51,530 nt of DNA, taken from positions 1 to 51,530 of the IMG/VR virus record IMGVR_UViG_3300015360_000058; one strand, 5' to 3'. The notes beneath the pieces are model-generated. The model did no database searches. It saw nothing but the letters and a program-made list of their open reading frames with translations, and was not told the DNA's origin. Within the stretch, counting starts at the first letter, position 1. The number at the start of each line of letters is the position of its first letter. A program made the position numbers and the translations under genes. This document shows, piece after piece, positions 18,754-28,077 of this stretch. Origin of the DNA: a virus. Lineage: Duplodnaviria; Caudoviricetes.

Positions 18754-19279
18754 GAGTTATATTTTAATCGCCTTATATCTTGCAGCAATTGTTGCTGCGA
18801 ATAATATTGTTACTTATATGGGTCCGTCTGGACTTTTTATAACAGCAACATTTCTAATACCATTTGATTTAATCGCACGAGATCAACTGCAAGAAAATTG
18901 GCGCGGCAGTTACATGCTTCCTAAGATGGCGGCAGTAATATGTTTAGGCTCAATACTGGCCTATTTGTTTAATAGCGATACCAAACTAGTGTCTGCAGCG
19001 AGTGCAGTTAGTTTTTTAATTGCTGGTTCGATAGACTGTTTTTTGTATACGATACTTGACGGCAAGAAAAAATTCATAAAAATGAACTTGTCTAACCTTG
19101 GCGCGTCCATAGCCGACAGTTTTATTTTTCAATGGATAGCTTTCGGCGCAGTCTCTTACACGATTGCATGGCAACAAATAACTCTTAAGTTACTTGGTGG
19201 CCTTTTTTGGTCGGTAATTTTTGTTAAGGTTTACAACCGCGCACTAGCATCACGCGATACTTTACGCCATCGCAAGTAA
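18746..19279 (+). CDS. yhhQ: Queuosine-precursor transporter (YhhQ/VUT family)
   Basis: Multi-TM protein; AANN, DLIARD, ASAVSF, SN...S.ADS.IF..IAFG motifs. Confidence 0.8.
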   Translation: MIKSYILIALYLAAIVAANNIVTYMGPSGLFITATFLIPFDLIARDQLQENWRGSYMLPKMAAVICLGSILAYLFNSDTKLVSAASAVSFLIAGSIDCFLYTILDGKKKFIKMNLSNLGASIADSFIFQWIAFGAVSYTIAWQQITLKLLGGLFWSVIFVKVYNRALASRDTLRHRK

Positions 19280-19412
19280 GGGTCGCTTTAACGCGGTCTC
19301 CGTTAGCTTTTAAGAGCTTGCGGATCTCTTCTACGTCCTCTTTGCAGCCAGCGTAGACAATCGCGTTATCGCCGTTTTTGCCCTGTTTTAACCAGTCATG
19401 TATGAGCTGCAT
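19224..19412 (-). CDS. Small hypothetical protein
   Basis: AAGGAGG RBS just upstream of ATG on the minus strand; faces the divergent promoter region. Confidence 0.6.
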   Translation of the reverse strand: MQLIHDWLKQGKNGDNAIVYAGCKEDVEEIRKLLKANGDRVKATLTCDGVKYRVMLVRGCKP

Positions 19413-19420
19413 AGGCCCTC

Positions 19421-19600
19421 CTTATATACTTATCTGCTTTTTTGGCCTATTTATTTAACAATTTTTTATTCGCCTGTAATTACCAGTAGTTACATGTGAT
19501 TTTATTTTGCTTGTAATAGAACCATATAACTCTATAGAATCATTAGAATAATACGATTTATTAATAAAAAGTGTTAAAAAAGCCGATAAGGGTATATAGG
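19421..19600. promoter_or_regulatory. Divergent promoter pair with sigma28 (FliA)-like -10 boxes
   Basis: Plus strand AAAAAAGCCGATAAG (GCCGATAA 19582-19589); minus strand AAAAAAGCAGATAAG (19430-19437); TAAA elements upstream of both. Confidence 0.5.
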
Positions 19601-19631
19601 GCAAGCAAGAACTACTTAAGGGGATGAGCAA

Positions 19632-19976
19632 ATGAAAAATGAAAAGATAAGTGTTTCAGATAAAGATTCTCTATTTACGATTGTTAATGCACAGCTAGAT
19701 AAGCTGGGAATGCCTGCTCAGTTTAGACTCGACAATGATACGAACGGCATTTCAAAAGTTCTGGGCAATGTTATTATTGATCCCTCTGAGTTAGGTCTTT
19801 TGGCTCCAGGTATTAATAAGATGAATTTGGAAATAAAAGCTGGATCTGAAGGGAGAAACAAAGTTGGTTACGGAAGTATTAGTCTCTACTATACCTACCA
19901 ATCCCCATCTCGCACTAGTAGTAATAGTATTAGCGTTCACTACAACTATGAGAAGGGTAAATGGCAAGTTAGTTAA
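19632..19976 (+). CDS. Hypothetical early protein
   Basis: ORF with AAGGGG RBS after AT-rich intergenic region. Confidence 0.6.
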   Translation: MKNEKISVSDKDSLFTIVNAQLDKLGMPAQFRLDNDTNGISKVLGNVIIDPSELGLLAPGINKMNLEIKAGSEGRNKVGYGSISLYYTYQSPSRTSSNSISVHYNYEKGKWQVS

Positions 19977-20037
19977 TAACTCTGCTTCTAATAAGTCAAT
20001 CACGCAAGATTCTAAACACTAACTAAGGAGCTCACTC

Positions 20038-20256
20038 ATGAAAAGCAAAATTGGAATTGACGAGATGCTATCAAAATTTGACGAATACGCTCGCGAGAGA
20101 ATTAAAGAAGACGCTGAAAACTTAGTCGGCAATTTGACTAGTAAACAGAACGCTCAATACCTTTCTGCGTGTCTTGAAATGTTTTTAGACGAATTAGATT
20201 TAGAATTTTTAGGAGCGGCTTATTTGGAGTCTAGCGGGCGATGCAAAGGAGAATAG
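20038..20256 (+). CDS. Hypothetical protein
   Basis: TAAGGAG RBS. Confidence 0.6.
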   Translation: MKSKIGIDEMLSKFDEYARERIKEDAENLVGNLTSKQNAQYLSACLEMFLDELDLEFLGAAYLESSGRCKGE

Positions 20257-20306
20257 ATACATTTTCATTTTGCGGGATTGTGGTTCGCATATTTTAGTTT
20301 TAGGCG

Positions 20307-20519
20307 GTGATAGTTGATTCGCTTACAGAAGAAGATATTGTGCGATTTAGATATCTAAAAAGCGAATTTGATCCGGTTGTCTCAGCTGCCCAAAAAAGTG
20401 AGTTTCACTCAGTAATCAAAATCACTACTTTTGACGGTGCCAGTACTAAGCATTTGAATATCACAGCTGAAATGATTATCGAGATATACAAAATTCTAGC
20501 GAAAGAGGTGAACGAATGA
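20307..20519 (+). CDS. Hypothetical protein
   Basis: ATGA overlap with next gene; start uncertain. Confidence 0.45.
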   Translation: MIVDSLTEEDIVRFRYLKSEFDPVVSAAQKSEFHSVIKITTFDGASTKHLNITAEMIIEIYKILAKEVNE

Positions 20520-20854
20520 ATATACCTACAATCATCCAGGCCCTTATTCTCAAAGCAAACCGCCACCTAGCTCAAACCGTTACTTGCCGCGAAAAGCTAA
20601 TAAAGCAAGATAACAAGATTCAAAGCTTGAACGCTAAAATAGCAGTTCTTGAAGAATCTCGCCTAACTGCGCAATGGGAAAAATCAAAGCTTGAAAGCCA
20701 AGCCTACGCCAGCGAAACAATTTATGAAAGAAGCTTGGATGCCGCCCGCATCGAGTACACCAAGGGGATGGAAGGCGATACGGCTTCAAAAGCTTGCGCT
20801 TGGCATACCTTCTTGGCTAGTCAGAAATTTGATTCTAAAGAGGTGACAAAATGA
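20516..20854 (+). CDS. Hypothetical coiled-coil protein
   Basis: GAGGTG RBS; heptad pattern. Confidence 0.55.
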   Translation: MNIPTIIQALILKANRHLAQTVTCREKLIKQDNKIQSLNAKIAVLEESRLTAQWEKSKLESQAYASETIYERSLDAARIEYTKGMEGDTASKACAWHTFLASQKFDSKEVTK

Positions 20855-20866
20855 AATATAACCCAA

Positions 20867-21730
20867 CTAAGCCTTCTTAATTGTAAACGTTAAGGACGAC
20901 GTTACCTCTTTCCTATACTTCTCTAAGTCTACTCCTGCCAGCTCGTCTACTTTCTCGTAGTCAATCCCGCCTTTTCTAACCGTCCTATTAATATTTAACC
21001 GGCCAATTGAACATCTAGGATGAGATGTTACTGCGCTATGAATTGATATCAGTTCTTTAATGTTCTTCATTTTTGCGGTTAATTCTTTACACAACTCGTC
21101 TGATTCTATGTATTGATTCGCGAGATCGCTTAATACTATTTCATCTTTAATAACCATTATGTCGCGACTGCTAAGTTCTGGCGGCGTCTTACTTGTGACT
21201 AAGGTCCAGAACTTTTCTTCGGCAGCAAATAATTCATTCATGTAGGCAACGTCAGGAACGCACTCGACTATAGCGAGCGAGTCTTCGCCGTCGTAGCTCA
21301 CGTAGTGAAGCATCTGCGCGCCCGTGACCATGAGTTGATGTTGCACTTGAGGCCAATACTTTTTTGGAATCTCCCCAGCGACGGCCGTAGAATGGTCATC
21401 GGCTCCTGGACACTTAATTTCAAGCACGATTTTATTAACATCGTCAAAGCCGTCGAGGGATGCACGCAGCCAAGTATACGTCGCGTGCTGCGCTAATTTA
21501 GGCGGCGACTCTACGCCTTTCTGAAATTCATATCTTGCGCGCGCGACTGGCTCTAGCCGGTTGCCTCTTTCTGTTGCAAAGTTACCGGAAGATTCTTTTT
21601 GAATTGCTAGTCCGGTTTTCGTCTCCCATAATTGGTAAGGAGTCGACCAAGGGGATACTCCCATAATCACAGGAGCGTCGCTCGCCCCAAGGCCTTGCCG
21701 TCTCCACTCGTGCCATTCTTCAATATTCAT
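20867..21730 (-). CDS. YqaJ-like (lambda exonuclease family) recombination exonuclease
   Basis: W...RR.GLGASD, G..LEP, ASLDG, LEIKCP, Y..QVQHQL motifs. Confidence 0.92.
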   Translation of the reverse strand: MNIEEWHEWRRQGLGASDAPVIMGVSPWSTPYQLWETKTGLAIQKESSGNFATERGNRLEPVARARYEFQKGVESPPKLAQHATYTWLRASLDGFDDVNKIVLEIKCPGADDHSTAVAGEIPKKYWPQVQHQLMVTGAQMLHYVSYDGEDSLAIVECVPDVAYMNELFAAEEKFWTLVTSKTPPELSSRDIMVIKDEIVLSDLANQYIESDELCKELTAKMKNIKELISIHSAVTSHPRCSIGRLNINRTVRKGGIDYEKVDELAGVDLEKYRKEVTSSLTFTIKKA

Positions 21731-21745
21731 ATTGACCTCCCAATG

Positions 21746-21774
21746 ATTTTGTTATTACCTATTGATAACAAAAT
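21746..21774. promoter_or_regulatory. Palindromic operator-like site between divergent genes
   Basis: ATTTTGTTAT-N9-ATAACAAAAT perfect 10-bp inverted repeat. Confidence 0.55.
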
Positions 21775-21796
21775 AACGAAAGGAGGTAAATGGAAT

Positions 21797-21988
21797 ATGG
21801 CTAGAAAATTAAAAAACACGAAAGAAGAATGTGACGCAATCAAAAAATGGTTAAAAAAAGACAGCAACAGTCAAGTGACTCTTGCGGCGGCTCTCGGACT
21901 AAGGTCGTCAACAGCAATCGCGCAATGGCTTTCGAGAGGGCGTGTAAGTAAGTGGCATATTGAACAAGTAAAGGAGATCTGTGTATGA
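21797..21988 (+). CDS. Cro-like helix-turn-helix regulator
   Basis: SQVTLAAALGLRSSTAIAQWLSRGRV HTH; AGGAGG RBS. Confidence 0.75.
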   Translation: MARKLKNTKEECDAIKKWLKKDSNSQVTLAAALGLRSSTAIAQWLSRGRVSKWHIEQVKEICV

Positions 21989-22884
21989 CAAGTTTATTAA
22001 AGCAAGTAATTAAGGGAAAAATTGACTCACCTTTTCTCGTGCTAGTGTTCGGTCCTCACGGAATTGGAAAATCGACATTCGGAGCCTCTGCACCGGATCC
22101 TATTTTTATAGGTCCAGAACAAGGCACCAATAATCTCGATGTCGCTAGGTTTCCTACGCCTAAGAATTACCTAGAAATAACGCAAGCATTAGGAGAGCTG
22201 GCGACCGAGGAACATTCGTACAAAACCGTTGTGATCGATAGCCTTGACTGGGTTGAGGTTCTCGTCCATCAAAAGATTGTGGCCGACTATAAGGTGAAGT
22301 CTATCGAGTTGGCAGCGGGCGGTTACGGCAAAGGTTATCTTGAGGCTAAGAACATTTTTAACGCTTTAATCGAGCAACTAAACGTTCTTAGAAACAAGAA
22401 AAAGATGAACGTCATATTGATCGCTCACTCACAAATAACCAAGTTCGAAGACCCGCAAAGTCAAACCTCTTACGACCGGTTTAGTATCAAGCTTCACAAG
22501 GCATCGGCCGCTCTTTTCCAAGAGTATGTTGACGCGATTCTTTTCTGCACGCATAAGAAGTACACTTCAAAAGATGGCGATAACGTGCGAACATTTTCAG
22601 ACGGTACAAGGATCATGCTAACCAGTTGGGCGGCAGGTCATGACGCAAAAAATAGGTACGGTTTACCTGAAGAGATCCCGATGTCGTGGAAAGACTTCAC
22701 GGCGTTGACTAAAGCAGAGGACGCCTCTGACATCAAAAAAAGACTAGAGGGCATGGTGTCTCAAGTCCCTGAAGGGATGACGACGGTTGTTAACGAGACG
22801 TTAAAAAAAGCGGGCGACGATATCCTTCAACTTAAAGCTATCGAGAACAGACTTAATATTTTAATAAATGGAGCAAAAAAATGA
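21985..22884 (+). CDS. Sak4-like AAA ATPase (single-strand annealing protein)
   Basis: Walker A GPHGIGKST, TVVIDSLDW, GYGKGY, LIAH, AKNRYGLP. Confidence 0.88.
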   Translation: MTSLLKQVIKGKIDSPFLVLVFGPHGIGKSTFGASAPDPIFIGPEQGTNNLDVARFPTPKNYLEITQALGELATEEHSYKTVVIDSLDWVEVLVHQKIVADYKVKSIELAAGGYGKGYLEAKNIFNALIEQLNVLRNKKKMNVILIAHSQITKFEDPQSQTSYDRFSIKLHKASAALFQEYVDAILFCTHKKYTSKDGDNVRTFSDGTRIMLTSWAAGHDAKNRYGLPEEIPMSWKDFTALTKAEDASDIKKRLEGMVSQVPEGMTTVVNETLKKAGDDILQLKAIENRLNILINGAKK

Positions 22885-23429
22885 ACGAATTACAAGCCGG
22901 TAAGTACAAGGCCAAAGTTACGAACTACGGTTTTAAGAAAACGCACGCCGGAGAACCGGCCGTCGTCTTAGAGTTTAATTTTTCGGACAGTAACGCCGTT
23001 AGCCAAACGATGAGTTACCAAGGTTCATTGCGCGCCGAAGGTCGCGAGGGAACAAAGAAGTCACCGCTGGACATGACGCTAGAGGTTCTCGAAATATGTG
23101 GGTTCGACTTCAAGTCGCCATCTGTGAAAGCTAATTGGCTGGCTATCGCGCACGGCAACCATGCCGGAGTTCTTAACGCAGACAACGAGGTTCAAGTAAC
23201 CGTCGAGTATGAGATTTCTAACGACGGACGATCGTATCCTAGAATCAAGTGGGTTAACCGTATCGGCGGAGGTCTCTTTACTAATATGATGTCTCCTGAG
23301 GAATCGGTTCAAGTGTTTAACTCGACCCAAATCTTTGGCAACATTATCGCCTTCGCCTCGAAGTCTAAAGGTACTACGCCCTCAAAGGCGGCAGCATCCA
23401 GCATCCCAATGGATGAGATTCCATTTTAA
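22881..23429 (+). CDS. Single-stranded DNA-binding protein (DUF669-like)
   Basis: AGKYKAKV start, acidic DEIPF C-terminus, follows Sak4-like gene. Confidence 0.7.
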   Translation: MNELQAGKYKAKVTNYGFKKTHAGEPAVVLEFNFSDSNAVSQTMSYQGSLRAEGREGTKKSPLDMTLEVLEICGFDFKSPSVKANWLAIAHGNHAGVLNADNEVQVTVEYEISNDGRSYPRIKWVNRIGGGLFTNMMSPEESVQVFNSTQIFGNIIAFASKSKGTTPSKAAASSIPMDEIPF

Positions 23430-24856
23430 TGACCACCCTTAGAGACTACCAACAAAAAGCTCTCGACGAGATACGCTCTCACTATGCGAAAGGTGAGAAG
23501 CGTGTCTTGCTTCATCTCGCTACTGGCGGAGGAAAGACAATCGTCTTCTCTGAAGTTCTTAAAGGAGTTATCTCTAAAGGTAAAAAAGCAATCATGGTTG
23601 TTCGTGGTAAAGACCTTATTGAACAAACGTCGCAGAGGCTTATGCGGGAAGGCGTGCCGCATGGTTGTCTTCAAGCAAACCATTGGAATTATAACCCGAC
23701 CGCGCCGATTCAAATATGTAGCGTAGACACACTCTTTCGCCGCAAATTAAAACCAGAAGCCAACCTTGTAGTTATTGACGAATGTCACCTATCTCGAAGT
23801 CCTTCTTTCGAATGGGTTATCTCACAGTATCCTGATGCGTTCTTTCTTCCGGTATCGGCTACTCCTCATCATAAAAAAGGTCTGCGCCATATTGCCGATA
23901 TCGTCGTTTATCCGATAACAATAAAAGACCTAATCGAGCAGCGATATCTTTCGAGACCACGTTATTTTATGCCGACTAAAATCGACTTGTCATCTGTCTC
24001 TATCGACCGCACAACCTCCGATTACAACATAGAAGAAACGGCGGCAGCACTTGTGGGCTCGACAGTCTACGGGGATATCATTAGTCAGTACAAAAAACTG
24101 TGTCACGGAAAGTCAGCCGTCGCCTTTGCTGTTAATATCGAGCACTCAAAGATAATCGTAGAGATGTTTCTCGCAGAGGGAATATCTGCCGAACACGTTG
24201 AAGCGAATACTCCTGCCGAGCATCGAGCTTCGGTTATCTCTCGTCTTAAAAGCGGCGAGACTAAGGTTGTCTCTAACGTAGGAATTTTAACTACCGGCGT
24301 TGACCTTCCGTTTCTTGAGGTTGTTATCCTTGCGCGTCCTACGAAGTCCTATAATTTATATATTCAAGCGTGCGGTCGCGGCACCCGTGTCACCGATACA
24401 AAGTCAGAATTTTTAATATTAGATCATACAAACAATATTTCTGAACACGGTTTTATTGAAGACGAAAAACTATGCTCACTTGATCCTATTGGTAAAAAAG
24501 TAAAGAAGCATCTCGGCCCTATTATTGTCACGTGTATGAATTGTTATGGAACATTCGAATACGAAAAAGAGATGAAAAATGATTGCCCTCTTTGCGGTCA
24601 TTCTATGAAGGCTGAACACTCTAAGGCAAAAAAGATCTTAGCAGAAAGAGTCGAGGCCGAACTTATCGAGGTAAGCGCTAGGGCGATAGATCTCAAGTGG
24701 ACAAAAATACTAAGAAAAATTGACTCCGTAATTTCACATGGCTACAAAAAGGGTTCCGTGTACTATTGGTGCAAAGATAACTTTGGACAAGAGTACGCAA
24801 ATGAAATTTCGAAGCGCGTCGAAAAAGAATTTAAATCTCGCAACTATAATCCATAA
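23429..24856 (+). CDS. Superfamily 2 DEAD/DEAH-box helicase
   Basis: LRDYQ, ATGGGKT, DECH, SATP, TGVD, QACGRGTR; C-terminal CxxC...CxxC. Confidence 0.93.
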   Translation: MTTLRDYQQKALDEIRSHYAKGEKRVLLHLATGGGKTIVFSEVLKGVISKGKKAIMVVRGKDLIEQTSQRLMREGVPHGCLQANHWNYNPTAPIQICSVDTLFRRKLKPEANLVVIDECHLSRSPSFEWVISQYPDAFFLPVSATPHHKKGLRHIADIVVYPITIKDLIEQRYLSRPRYFMPTKIDLSSVSIDRTTSDYNIEETAAALVGSTVYGDIISQYKKLCHGKSAVAFAVNIEHSKIIVEMFLAEGISAEHVEANTPAEHRASVISRLKSGETKVVSNVGILTTGVDLPFLEVVILARPTKSYNLYIQACGRGTRVTDTKSEFLILDHTNNISEHGFIEDEKLCSLDPIGKKVKKHLGPIIVTCMNCYGTFEYEKEMKNDCPLCGHSMKAEHSKAKKILAERVEAELIEVSARAIDLKWTKILRKIDSVISHGYKKGSVYYWCKDNFGQEYANEISKRVEKEFKSRNYNP

Positions 24857-25178
24857 CAATCTTCAGAATCAAATTCTAGTAGAACTAAGCAAGCTAAGCT
24901 TGGGTCTTTTTTGGGCCAACGCTACGGGGGCGGGGACAAGCCCTAGCGGACAATGGGTGCGTTACGGTCTCGTGGGATCTTCTGACATATTAGGTGTCGT
25001 CCGCGGAGGCTTGTTTATCGCTCTTGAAGTAAAAACGGGCAGTGGTGTGCAAAGCCCTCAACAGCTTAAATTTGAATCCGCAGTAAAGGCCTGGGGAGGT
25101 CGTTATTTTGTAGTCAGGTCTGTTGACCATGCTTTAGAGTTTGTTAAACGAATGGCAGCGTTGGCCGACGTGAAGTGA
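24801..25178 (+). CDS. VRR-NUC domain nuclease
   Basis: GSSDILG, ALEVKT, QS..Q..F, VVRS motifs; start uncertain. Confidence 0.85.
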   Translation: MKFRSASKKNLNLATIIHNNLQNQILVELSKLSLGLFWANATGAGTSPSGQWVRYGLVGSSDILGVVRGGLFIALEVKTGSGVQSPQQLKFESAVKAWGGRYFVVRSVDHALEFVKRMAALADVK

Positions 25179-25259
25179 ATTTTCCAGCTTCCGCCATTCG
25201 TCTTTATTTATGGAAAAACACCGCGACTACTTCAATAGTCACAAGGAAAAAGGTGAATC

Positions 25260-27725
25260 ATGGAAGAGCTTCTTGCGTATTTATCAAGTGTTAATTTCTC
25301 TATCTCACCTATAACTTTAGACGGAAAAATCCATCGCGTCTCTCGCGATGGCAAAGAAAATGCTTGGTATATAGGCTGGCAAAATCATTATATAGGCGGC
25401 GACGGCACTTATATCGTTGCTCAGTGTGGGGATTGGAAAACTAACGAATCTTACACATATAAACCGACTAAGAAACTGTCTAAAGAAGACAGCGCAGTTA
25501 TAAAGCATCAACTAGAGAGCGCTCGTAAAATCTCAGGAGAAGCCAAGTCGGTAAAACAGTCTGAGTCGGCAGCTTACTCCCTCCGCGTATGGGACGCTCT
25601 CACTACAACTCAGACGACTACTGATTATATTTCGCGTAAAAAAATAGCAACTTCCTTTGGAGTAAAGATTGACGAACGAAACGCTATTCACATCCCTATG
25701 AAAGACATCGACGGCAAGTTTTGGGGTATGCAGCGAATTTTTCATGACGGCGCTAAGCGGTTTATTACAGGGCAGCGAGTGCAAGGTTGTTTCTTCGTCT
25801 TCGGTGAGCTTGTAGAAGACCTTCAAGAGGTCTACGTTTGTGAGGGTTGGGCTACCGGTTCAACGATTCACGAGCTTGTTAAAAAGACTGTCATCGTTGC
25901 CTTTAACGCCGGGAACCTAAAGAACGTTTGCCGAGATATTCACCTAGCCTACCCGATGACGAAAATAATTATATGCGCCGACAACGACCGCTTTGGGGCA
26001 AATGGAAAAAATGTCGGAATTGAATCTGCGACTGAAGCGGCTTCGTCATGTAGCGGGGTTATAAAGGTACCCATCTTTAAAAGCGACGAAGCGAAGGGAA
26101 CTGATTTTAACGACCTATACCTAGAAGAAGGAACTGACTCGGTTAAGAATCAACTCATCGAGGTAGAGGAAGCTAAGTCTGGTTTTGTTCCGCTAGGGTA
26201 TGTTGGCCACGATTACTATTTTTATAGCATGAGTAATAAAGATGTTGTGTGCGTTAGTAGTTTTTCGACTACGCAGCTATTTGCGCTCGCCCCGTCTGGC
26301 TACTGGAGCGGGTCCTTCCCTTCTAAGACTGGCATAAAGTGGGACGAGGCGAAAGACCATTTGGTTCAAACTTCCCGCGCGTGCGGTATCTTTGACAGGA
26401 GTCGTCAACGCGGGACTGGGGTTTGGGAAGATCGCGGAAGGATCGTTGTAAATACGGGAAACGTCTTGATGGTAAATGGAAAAGTTACCCCGATGACTTC
26501 GATTAAATCTCGGTATGTTTACATTAAGACCCTTCATAATATTCCATCGGTTCACGCAAACCCATTAACTGTTGAAGAGAGTCAAAAGTTAATCGACGTA
26601 TGTGCTATGTTTAATTGGGAAAAAATTCGTTCAGGTGCCTTCTTAGCTGGATGGATTGCGGTTGCTAGGATCGCTGGAGCTCTACCGGTTCGGCCTCACG
26701 TTTGGGTGTCAGGAGAGGCTGGATCCGGCAAGTCGACTATCCTTGAGGCACTAGTTAAAAGAGGTTTAGGGGATAACTCCGCAAAGCTCTACGGCGCGGG
26801 TGGGACTACCGAGGCAGGCATTCGTCAAACTATGCAGGGAACTTCTATCCCTATGATCTTCGATGAGTTCGAGACGACCGACGCTAAGGAAACTAACGCC
26901 CGCGTTGATTCGATCCTAGAAATGCTTCGCCAGTCTTGGAAGAAGAATGATTCGAAAGTCTATAAAGGCTCGGCCGACGGTACGGCTCAATCCTATACGA
27001 TTCAGTTTGCGGCGCTTGTCGCGTCGATCCAGGTTAATTTAAAGAATCAAGCAGACCGCACAAGGTTTTGTGTACTAGAGCTTGACGCCCACAACCAACG
27101 GCCAGACCAGTGGGAACTTATCTCTAAAGCGATCACCGATATTACTGAAGACTACGGGGAGAGATTGTTTTCTAGGATGGTTCATATGGCTCCTACGATC
27201 CTAAAAAGCCATGAGATTATTAGGGACTCCGTCCCTGCCGGGATGACTCGTCGGTTCGGGGAGCAGGTCGGTATGTTACTCGCCGGCTACTGGGCCCTTT
27301 ACTCCGATAGTGTCGTAACCACCGAAGAGGCTCTAGGAATGATTAGCGATCTTGATCTAGGCGAGGAAAAATCTCGACAGCTTTCCGACCAAAATGAATG
27401 TGCCAACTTTTTAATCACCTCAACCTTAGACGTTCAAGCCGAAGACGGCACTAGGGTTCGAATGAGCCTAGAAGAAATTCTTAGACTTAATAATTCTAAT
27501 CACAAAGAGCTTCTACGATCTTCAGGTATACTCGATTGCAAAAAAGGTTTAATCTTTGTACGATCAACACATGCAGGTGTTGCTAGTATTTTTAGAAATA
27601 CGCGCTGGGCCACCAGCTATAGTACTGTTTTAACTCGTCTAAAGCACAACGAGAAGAGGCATTACTGGGATCCTGAGACAAAGAAAACGCTCTACGGAGT
27701 CTTTGTCGACCTGAACAAAATGTAG
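25260..27725 (+). CDS. Primase-helicase (TOPRIM plus P-loop NTPase)
   Basis: CEGWATG, AFNAGNL, ADND, GTDFNDL (TOPRIM); GEAGSGKST, FDEFE (helicase). Confidence 0.9.
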   Translation: MEELLAYLSSVNFSISPITLDGKIHRVSRDGKENAWYIGWQNHYIGGDGTYIVAQCGDWKTNESYTYKPTKKLSKEDSAVIKHQLESARKISGEAKSVKQSESAAYSLRVWDALTTTQTTTDYISRKKIATSFGVKIDERNAIHIPMKDIDGKFWGMQRIFHDGAKRFITGQRVQGCFFVFGELVEDLQEVYVCEGWATGSTIHELVKKTVIVAFNAGNLKNVCRDIHLAYPMTKIIICADNDRFGANGKNVGIESATEAASSCSGVIKVPIFKSDEAKGTDFNDLYLEEGTDSVKNQLIEVEEAKSGFVPLGYVGHDYYFYSMSNKDVVCVSSFSTTQLFALAPSGYWSGSFPSKTGIKWDEAKDHLVQTSRACGIFDRSRQRGTGVWEDRGRIVVNTGNVLMVNGKVTPMTSIKSRYVYIKTLHNIPSVHANPLTVEESQKLIDVCAMFNWEKIRSGAFLAGWIAVARIAGALPVRPHVWVSGEAGSGKSTILEALVKRGLGDNSAKLYGAGGTTEAGIRQTMQGTSIPMIFDEFETTDAKETNARVDSILEMLRQSWKKNDSKVYKGSADGTAQSYTIQFAALVASIQVNLKNQADRTRFCVLELDAHNQRPDQWELISKAITDITEDYGERLFSRMVHMAPTILKSHEIIRDSVPAGMTRRFGEQVGMLLAGYWALYSDSVVTTEEALGMISDLDLGEEKSRQLSDQNECANFLITSTLDVQAEDGTRVRMSLEEILRLNNSNHKELLRSSGILDCKKGLIFVRSTHAGVASIFRNTRWATSYSTVLTRLKHNEKRHYWDPETKKTLYGVFVDLNKM

Positions 27726-27738
27726 TCACTAACACAAA

Positions 27739-28077
27739 TCCTTACATCCTTACATCCGCCTTACATCATTCTTACATTGTAAGTGGTGGTAATCATTGCG
27801 CCTTACGTACCTTACGTGTTTTTCGGTGGAGAGACCTACGGGAAGAGAGAAATAGACGTGTCTAAATATAAATATATATGTATATATATATATATATAGA
27901 TATAGAGATAAATATAAGTATATCCCTCTCTCTCTCTCTCTATATATATATATTTCTCTATAAGTAAGTAAGTAAGTAAGACACCATGAGGCTCTAGGGG
28001 TTGCAGCCTTACATGGTGTTATAACAACACGTAAGGAATATGTAAGGTCTATAGAAATAGGTGTTTTTGATGTAAGG
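27739..28077. repeat. Putative replication origin: CTTAC iterons around an AT-rich core
   Basis: Several (C)CTTAC(A/G)T copies, then (TA)n and (CT)n tracts, (TAAG)5, and inverted GTAAGG copies; directly after primase-helicase. Confidence 0.7.

Noticed and set aside
23095-23125. GGTTCGA...CCA resembling a tRNA T-arm and 3' end
   Set aside because: Lies inside the SSB coding frame and no cloverleaf can be built
27739-28077. Short repeats as a CRISPR array or eukaryotic microsatellite contamination
   Set aside because: Repeats are 5-8 bp with irregular spacing and no spacers; the iteron motif continues on both sides of the tracts, which fits an origin
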